A stretch of DNA of 64,000 nucleotides, from the IMG/VR virus record IMGVR_UViG_2681813318_000003; one strand, given 5' to 3'. The stretch comes from a virus (Duplodnaviria > Heunggongvirae > Uroviricota > Caudoviricetes). A program made the position numbers and the translations under genes. Below are positions 57,576-64,000 of the stretch, one piece after another; position 1 is the stretch's first letter, and every line of letters begins with the position of its first letter. Below the pieces are notes generated by a model. It did not search any database, was not told the DNA's origin, and saw only the letters and a program-made list of their open reading frames with translations.

Positions 57576-58239
57576 AATGGATCACACCGTCGGCAAAATA
57601 ATTCCGACGCGCATTACAGGCGTCATAACGTTTTGTGCAGTAATCAGCACCAGACATAGACGTCTGCTGGTTATTTTTGTCGAAATATGGACCGGTATAG
57701 CCGCATTCTGGCCCTCGGTATTTCCACGGGCAGGTGTTTTTAATGATCTGACGATACGGCAGTTGCACCCCCATCAAATCGAACACACTGGACAATTCAA
57801 ACTCGACAACCTGATGAGTTTCGAGAGTTTTCTGTTCGATAAACCACATTTCATCCGGGAAATGTTGGTTTGGATCTGCTGTTGGGTTGCCGTCTTTAAA
57901 ATTAACGGCATCGAGGAAGCGAGCCAGCGTCATCTTGCGAATAATGCGGCAGCCAACAAGATCGTCGTTCGCCTGAACTTCCGCAGAGACGGTTCCGGCA
58001 AAGTTCGATACCTGAATTTTTGGACGTGGCAACGTTCCCTGGCCAGTTTTGTCAAAGCCTGATGCTTTGATTGGCCACGGCTCGTATGTCACTCCTTGCC
58101 AGACGACCGGTTGCATCAGTTCGTTTGTTCCGGCGTGGAAGAATAGCTTCCCCCCTGAAGTTGTGTTCGACATATCCAATACGAACAACTCAATGAGTGC
58201 AGAGGGAGATAAGCTCTGAATATCAGCTTTAATTCCCAT
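57541..58239 (-). CDS. minor tail protein (lambda gpL-like)
   Basis: C-terminal Cys cluster CPWKYRGPECGYTG...C...C typical of gpL. Start set at ATG 58237-58239 (AAGGA RBS; MGIKADIQ...) instead of track start 58272. Confidence 0.7.
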   Translation of the reverse strand: MGIKADIQSLSPSALIELFVLDMSNTTSGGKLFFHAGTNELMQPVVWQGVTYEPWPIKASGFDKTGQGTLPRPKIQVSNFAGTVSAEVQANDDLVGCRIIRKMTLARFLDAVNFKDGNPTADPNQHFPDEMWFIEQKTLETHQVVEFELSSVFDLMGVQLPYRQIIKNTCPWKYRGPECGYTGPYFDKNNQQTSMSGADYCTKRYDACNARRNYFADGVIHFGGFIGATRYG

Positions 58240-58321
58240 TGTTTCATCCTTAAAATAAGTAGGCGCTAACATCCTGTCAGCGCCACAATGATAGTAAATT
58301 AGTACTTACTTATCCAGATAC

Positions 58322-58657
58322 TTAAGCCTCAAATACTTGTCTGAATGTAGCAGTTAAGACACAGTACCCCTGATATCGCTTGACCGTATGACTGTCACAT
58401 ACAACTACAATCTGCTTGCCTCTTGGATTAACCCAATAGAACGATTCAACGCCTGATCGCTCAGTCAGGAAGTCATCGATTGCATTAATTTCGTTGTATG
58501 ATCTGGTAAAGGTTAACGACCATTCTTCTTTAATACGATTAAGACCTTGAGCCTGTCGCTGCTCGTAGTCATCACCCAAATTAAGTACAGTTACATTCGG
58601 TTTTACGCTTTTTTCAGATTCGTAATCTGGATACCAATTAAACGTTTGTCTTTCCAT
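58322..58657 (-). CDS. minor tail protein (lambda gpM-like)
   Basis: 111 aa (lambda M is 109 aa), positioned between tape measure and L-like genes; AAGGA RBS. Confidence 0.65.
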   Translation of the reverse strand: MERQTFNWYPDYESEKSVKPNVTVLNLGDDYEQRQAQGLNRIKEEWSLTFTRSYNEINAIDDFLTERSGVESFYWVNPRGKQIVVVCDSHTVKRYQGYCVLTATFRQVFEA

Positions 58658-58699
58658 CTCACATCCTTGTGAGACTGCCCCGGTCGGGGCAGTCGATAG

Positions 58700-61600
58700 T
58701 TAGTTACGTTGAGTGTTTGGGTTGAGTGATCCGCCAGGGCGTTTCTCTTGAGCGATAGTCTCAAGCGCGATTGCTTTCATCCGTTGAGCGGCATTGTTCC
58801 ATATGCTTTCTGTATCGCCGGATTCAGTTGTGCTACCGTCACTATGGACGTTGATCTCAATTGATACAGGAGAAAGAACATTTCCGCCTCCACTCATACC
58901 ATCGGTACTGAGCGTTACAGGGATTGTTCGGCCATCAGGCAATGGAACATACGCCTCATTCATAGAACCTTCCCCAAACAACGCTAATTGAGGCGAGTTA
59001 GCAATACCGCCTTTCTGGTATGCCCGGAGCGGGATCACGCCGTCTTTTCCGAATATTCCTCCATTTGCAAACTTCGGGATTGCAGGAATGCCTTTAGTTC
59101 CGTCAGCCACACTGCTGGTTGCGGTTTTAGCAGAGCTTGATGTCAAGCTGTCGAAACCACCGCCAGCCCAAGCTGAAACAAGACCAGATGCAACCGTTGC
59201 TCCAAAACTCAACCACTTATTACCAGAGCCGGAAGCATTAGCTCCAAGCATTGCAAACGCGGCAGACAGCGCGCCGGTAACAGAGCTGAGGTTCTGCATC
59301 GAGAAGATGGAGTCCTTCACGGCTTTTGTCTCGGCATCTTTGGCTTCGGTGCTATCAAATAGCCCCGATACCCAGCTACCAATCGCATTTGTTGCTGTGC
59401 CAATTGCGCTGGTGGTCTGCTGTGTTGTTTGCCCCAATCCAGTTACCGAACTGGACGTCTCCTTCGTGGCTTCTCCTACCGACTTGTCGCCATTAACAGT
59501 GTTGCCCATTCGTACACCTTGATTGGCAACGGCAGAAGCAACTCCAGTGAGCAAATTGCCACTCTGTGAACTACCAGCTGCGGTGGTTCCCATCCCCAAC
59601 ATGTTCATTAGAGGCAGCGTGATTTGCGACTTCACGACCATATTGGTGATATCTTTCAAAATGGACTGAGATAGGCTGGAGAAGCTCATCTTCCCGTTAA
59701 TAACGAAATCAGTCAGGACATCAGTTAAGCCACTAAACAAATCAGTCCAGGTGCTTTCGATCTGCTCTGCCAAGTTTTCGTATTCCAGTGCCAACTTCTG
59801 CGTCGCAGTCCCCGTCTCTTTAATAAGCGCGGTATTGCCAGCAGCAATCAGTTGATTGATTTTCTTTGTATAAAGCGCCACAACTTTAGGATCAGACGCC
59901 TTATCACGAAGTTCTATCAACGCTTTGAGATTGCGGTTGTAGGTGTCTTCGAAATCAGCAACTTTATCTTCGCGAGACGGCGTATAGCCAGCACTAATAA
60001 TGGAATCCGCCTCCGGTGCCCAAGTGGAGATCATCTGCTCAACATTGCGGCGATTAAACATCTCGCGATATTCAGGTGTCGCATTTTTGAGGTCTTCAAG
60101 ACGTTTTTTCGCCTTGTCGATCATCTCTTGAGTGATGAACTCGTTAGGAACCGCATTAGCCAAATCTGTCAGCGATTTCGTTGTATCGCGAAGAGACTGA
60201 TCAAACGATACCGTAGCCTTAGAGCTTTCACCCATTTGCCCCATAAGCTGATCGGCTTTGTCCAGAGCCTTCTGGTATCCGGCTGCCAGTTTCTGTTGCG
60301 CTGCCTGTTCCTTCTTGGCCGCACGCTGCGAGGCGTTAGCTGATCGTTGGGCTGCTTTCTCGGCAGCTGCTGCATCCTGTTCACGAGCTTTAGTCAGTGC
60401 AGCAATGGCTGCGGCACGCTCTTCATCGCTCATTTTCTCCAGAGAGCTGGCGCTGGATGCTTTCTGCAAATTAAGCTGCGTCTTGAGTTGTTTAGGCCCA
60501 ATAATCGGCTTACCTTCGAAGTCCATCATCGGAGTGCCGTCAGGCAAAGTACGTTGATAAGTCGCAGAATCCATCTGGTTTCGCATATATTGCGCCAGCG
60601 CCTTCTGAGCAGCTTTATCAGTTGTACCTAACCCAAGAACAGTCCCCTGGTTTGACATTACGCCCTTACCAGTTTTGGCCGCGTTATCTCTCTCGAACTC
60701 TGCCTGAGTCAGCTCCTGAGCAACGGCTTCCAAATGCTCCTGATAACCACGAATACTGCCTTGCAGTTTCTGGATCTGCTCGGTATTTCCATCCTTTTTG
60801 GCTTTTTCAAGCTGATCATTAAGAGTCGCGATTTGCTTCTCGGTCGCATTCTTACGAGAAGAAAGTGAATCAACCAGTTTTTGCGCAGGCTCCAGATAGC
60901 TTTTGTTTACCGTTTCACGTAACGGTGCCAATAGCTTGTTCTTTTCGTCATCTGAAAGTGAACCGTCATCATTGATTTTCTGGATCTTATCCAGAGCCTC
61001 CTGCCGGGCTTTCACGAATGTTGCCGCGAAAATCTGGTTTTCCGCTCGAATTTTCTCAATCTGAGATTCGGCAGCCTCTTTAGCCAAACGCTTTGCTACA
61101 GCGCCGTCACCAAGAGCTATCGTGCCGGTTATCTTTTGATACTCTTCCTGATTTTTTTTCAGGCGTGCTTCGATGTCAGCCTTCGACTCTTTGTGAGTAA
61201 TAACACCGGCAGAGTTAGATACGTAATTAACGCCCTCACCATTTTTTAATGCTCGTTGATCAGCGAGAATCTGCTTTTCGAGCTTTTCTGCGCGATCGGC
61301 CATCTGTGCTCGTTTGGCCGCTGTCATCGCCTCTGGTATTTTCCTAATCTCGTCAACGACCTTTGAAGTTTCGCTGCGGAGCATGGTCATGTACGTGATT
61401 AGGCCAGCAACAGCTACAGTGGCAACTGTAAATGCTGCCCCTATAGGGTTTGCTGCAATGAACGCCGTTAATCCAGCAAAAGCGCCTTTAAGCCCCGTAA
61501 TCGCCCCACGGATGGCGAAAATAAGAGAGGGGATCGGAGCCAGCCCCATACGTGCCGCACGATTGAATCGGGTTACTGCTGTAGCGCCGAGGTTAAATGG

Positions 61601-63274
61601 AGTCTGTATGGCTGTCGCCATCGTGGCAAAGGTGCTAACCATCTGGCTGCCTGCGCCAACTACCCCCATGATCCCTGCTCGCATCAGTTTGAACGCAACC
61701 ATCGCGGCCACGACCTTACCGAGATTAATTACCAGCTCTTGGTTCTTTGCTAACCATTGAGCAAGCTGACGCAACCCATCGATTGCCGTTGTTAACCCCG
61801 AACCTAAAGAATTGGCAAACGAAATCCCTTCGGCGCTATTCATGATTGAAGCCAGTTCTTTCATCCCCTTCGATAGAGAATCCAGATATCCGGCCTGACC
61901 AACCCGATCAGCAAATAACGTGAATGACGTCTGAAGTTGCGCCAGCGCACCTGTGTAGGTTTGCATCATGTCTTTCGCTGCGTTCTCATTCTCCGCACGC
62001 AGACCAACAAACATCAGAGACAACGCCTGTTTTGCCTCAACCGTACCGCTGGCAACGGCTTTAGTCAGTTCCCCCATAGTGATGCCTGCGGCGTCTGCCA
62101 TTGCCTGCATCGCGTTAGGAACGGCTTCACCTAATTGCTGACGTAGCTCTTCCATTGACACAACGCCCTTACCGGACATCTGCTGAACGGCCACAGCCGC
62201 ACGTTTCAACAGCTCACTATCACCACCAAAACGAGCAACGGAGTCCACCAGCGCCTTCAGAGAACCATCGGTTGGATCTAAGCCAGCAGAACGAAACTTC
62301 ACGAAGGAGTCTGTTAACGCCTGCATCGCGAACGGCGCATTTTGAGCCATGTCTACGATGTACTTCATATCATCAGCGGCAGCCTGGCCCGGGTTGGACT
62401 TCTCCTTATTCAACCCTCGAAGCATCACCCGCATACGTTCCATTTCGGCCGCAGCTTCAACAATAGGCTTCTGCCACCCAAACATGATGTCAGTAACCGT
62501 TCTGGCTGCATCTCCGATCTCGCCAAGCAGGAAAATGTTGCCACGAAGGCCAGAGAACATACCTCCTTCGTTACTTTTACCGCTATGGCCAGAAGCGCCG
62601 CTACGCCGCCCGCTACCACCATCGCCACTTCCAGATGTACGAACGCGTACCGGCTTGCTAATCAGTTGCTGACGTCCGATAACTTCGTCCATCTGCTCAC
62701 GAACCTTTTTCAGTCCCTCGGCAGCCTGACTCGTTGTGACACCCCAATTACTGAGTCGCTTCGTCGTGGTATTAAGGCGCGTATTCATGCCACTCACGGA
62801 CACAGAGGCTTCTTTGACCTCCGTACCAAAGCGGCTTGCGCTTTTGCTTGCATAGGTCGCCCAATCAGAGAAATCATTTAGCTCTGATTGCACTTTACGC
62901 AATGACGCGGTGAGTTTATCTACTGAAGAAGTTGTCGTATCGACGCGCTCAATCAGGGCTTTAAGACCAGAATTGAGGCTGGTGATGTTGCCACGCATTT
63001 TACGCGTAGCATCTGAAGCAAGCTCAAAACCGGCAGCTACATCCTGTAGTTTATCTGCCGTAGAATCGAGCTTGCTTTCCAGAACGCCAATGATACGGGC
63101 GACCGAACCCAAAGAGCGTTCAAAGGTTTGGATTTTTTGAGCAGGCTTTGTTACCTGCTCACCAAATCGAGTAAGCAGTTTCCCCGCACGATCGATTGAC
63201 GCTGTAAACTGTTTGTCTTCCAGCGACAGGATAAACTCTACGTTTTGTGACATTCCCTTGTCATCCTCTGCCAA
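58700..63274 (-). CDS. tail tape measure protein
   Basis: 1524 aa, highly alpha-helical/coiled-coil with internal hydrophobic segments, located between the G/T chaperone and M/L genes. Confidence 0.9.
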   Translation of the reverse strand: MAEDDKGMSQNVEFILSLEDKQFTASIDRAGKLLTRFGEQVTKPAQKIQTFERSLGSVARIIGVLESKLDSTADKLQDVAAGFELASDATRKMRGNITSLNSGLKALIERVDTTTSSVDKLTASLRKVQSELNDFSDWATYASKSASRFGTEVKEASVSVSGMNTRLNTTTKRLSNWGVTTSQAAEGLKKVREQMDEVIGRQQLISKPVRVRTSGSGDGGSGRRSGASGHSGKSNEGGMFSGLRGNIFLLGEIGDAARTVTDIMFGWQKPIVEAAAEMERMRVMLRGLNKEKSNPGQAAADDMKYIVDMAQNAPFAMQALTDSFVKFRSAGLDPTDGSLKALVDSVARFGGDSELLKRAAVAVQQMSGKGVVSMEELRQQLGEAVPNAMQAMADAAGITMGELTKAVASGTVEAKQALSLMFVGLRAENENAAKDMMQTYTGALAQLQTSFTLFADRVGQAGYLDSLSKGMKELASIMNSAEGISFANSLGSGLTTAIDGLRQLAQWLAKNQELVINLGKVVAAMVAFKLMRAGIMGVVGAGSQMVSTFATMATAIQTPFNLGATAVTRFNRAARMGLAPIPSLIFAIRGAITGLKGAFAGLTAFIAANPIGAAFTVATVAVAGLITYMTMLRSETSKVVDEIRKIPEAMTAAKRAQMADRAEKLEKQILADQRALKNGEGVNYVSNSAGVITHKESKADIEARLKKNQEEYQKITGTIALGDGAVAKRLAKEAAESQIEKIRAENQIFAATFVKARQEALDKIQKINDDGSLSDDEKNKLLAPLRETVNKSYLEPAQKLVDSLSSRKNATEKQIATLNDQLEKAKKDGNTEQIQKLQGSIRGYQEHLEAVAQELTQAEFERDNAAKTGKGVMSNQGTVLGLGTTDKAAQKALAQYMRNQMDSATYQRTLPDGTPMMDFEGKPIIGPKQLKTQLNLQKASSASSLEKMSDEERAAAIAALTKAREQDAAAAEKAAQRSANASQRAAKKEQAAQQKLAAGYQKALDKADQLMGQMGESSKATVSFDQSLRDTTKSLTDLANAVPNEFITQEMIDKAKKRLEDLKNATPEYREMFNRRNVEQMISTWAPEADSIISAGYTPSREDKVADFEDTYNRNLKALIELRDKASDPKVVALYTKKINQLIAAGNTALIKETGTATQKLALEYENLAEQIESTWTDLFSGLTDVLTDFVINGKMSFSSLSQSILKDITNMVVKSQITLPLMNMLGMGTTAAGSSQSGNLLTGVASAVANQGVRMGNTVNGDKSVGEATKETSSSVTGLGQTTQQTTSAIGTATNAIGSWVSGLFDSTEAKDAETKAVKDSIFSMQNLSSVTGALSAAFAMLGANASGSGNKWLSFGATVASGLVSAWAGGGFDSLTSSSAKTATSSVADGTKGIPAIPKFANGGIFGKDGVIPLRAYQKGGIANSPQLALFGEGSMNEAYVPLPDGRTIPVTLSTDGMSGGGNVLSPVSIEINVHSDGSTTESGDTESIWNNAAQRMKAIALETIAQEKRPGGSLNPNTQRN

Positions 63275-63647
63275 ATATTTGCATCAGTTGCTCTTTGGCG
63301 TCAGGGTCTGCCTTATCCTGGCTTGGATCGTAGACTTTATCTGTTACGACTGGTCTTCCAATCCTGAGTTGCAAACCCTCCATGAACGCCTTCACAGCCT
63401 CGCCATCCGCCTGGGACGCACGAGCGACTTGTAAGTTGCGGACATCCTCTTCCGCACGCAGACGGTCTATATTGCGACTGAGCATCCAGAACATCGTGAG
63501 AGGAACGTTCAGTAGCTCTAATGGCGACACGGCGTAGTGAGCAACTACACGACTGAAATAGAATCCGAGATCTATTGAGACGGTCCTTGTCCCGGATTCA
63601 TCGCGGGAAATTACTTTGCCCCTTCGCCAGCCGCTTTTTCGTTTTCT
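63261..63647 (-). CDS. tail assembly chaperone T-like frame (expressed as G-T fusion by -1 frameshift)
   Basis: Frame open from 63647 without ATG (track start 63530 is GTG); overlaps the G stop by about 37 nt; slippery GAAAAAG at 63634-63640. Confidence 0.55.
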   Translation of the reverse strand, partial: RKRKSGWRRGKVISRDESGTRTVSIDLGFYFSRVVAHYAVSPLELLNVPLTMFWMLSRNIDRLRAEEDVRNLQVARASQADGEAVKAFMEGLQLRIGRPVVTDKVYDPSQDKADPDAKEQLMQIFGRG

Positions 63648-63943
63648 TCATCAATCACTTCCATAGCGAAGGTGAAGATCTGCTGGAGTTGCGGAACAGT
63701 CAGTTTTTCAAGAACTTCGTCAGGTACTGAAGGGATAACCTTACGAACCAGATCTGCATAAGCTGTCACTTGCTCAACAGGAGACATGTTCATGAGATCT
63801 TTACCTTCCATCTGCTTGATGGAAACGAACAGACCTACCGTCATTTCAACGATGGGATATTCCTGACCGCCAAATTTGATGCTTTTCTTCGGAGGCAGAA
63901 TGGAATCGAGAGTAAGCGTAAACTGACCGCCGTATGTAGCCAT
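63611..63943 (-). CDS. tail assembly chaperone (lambda gpG-like)
   Basis: 110 aa acidic protein immediately upstream of the T frame and tape measure gene. Confidence 0.6.
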   Translation of the reverse strand: MATYGGQFTLTLDSILPPKKSIKFGGQEYPIVEMTVGLFVSIKQMEGKDLMNMSPVEQVTAYADLVRKVIPSVPDEVLEKLTVPQLQQIFTFAMEVIDEENEKAAGEGAK

Positions 63944-64000
63944 CAGACGAGAATTGGTAACTTAGACGCCCATCTGATATAGACGGACATCTAAGTATGG

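Overview
This 64 kb window reads as a contiguous segment of a large siphovirus-type phage genome that also carries plasmid-maintenance functions. By inference (not a database hit) it resembles the SSU5/pHCM2-like phage-plasmids of Enterobacteriaceae. Almost all genes are on the minus strand. From high to low coordinates the modules are: a lambda-like tail module (G/T chaperone with a -1 frameshift, tape measure, M, L, K, I, J, and a long L-shaped-type tail fibre with a C-terminal S74 chaperone domain); a lysis cassette with overlapped spanins; a ParA/small-CBP partition module; a replication block (DnaB-like helicase, primase, ATP-dependent ligase); four tRNAs (Ser, Thr, Tyr, Asn) interspersed with a family of long inverted-repeat elements; a glutaredoxin; a YafO-like toxin pair; a tyrosine recombinase with a lox/dif-like site and a divergent XRE regulator; a CobS/CobT-like AAA+/vWA pair; DnaE-type Pol III alpha; a gp32-like SSB, flap endonuclease and RecA/UvsX recombinase; an SPFH lipoprotein; a P1-type iteron replicon (DnaA boxes, GATC heptamers, iterons, rep, copy-control iteron array); SbcCD; a RuvC-like resolvase; and class Ia ribonucleotide reductase NrdAB. 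The few plus-strand genes form small accessory islands, the most striking being a visibly AT-rich 2-TM protein gene at 28992-30329 next to the tRNA cluster. Two dispersed palindromic intergenic motif families and a conserved translation-initiation sequence are seen directly in the sequence. All protein calls rest on motif recognition in the supplied translations and on manual translation; no searches were run.
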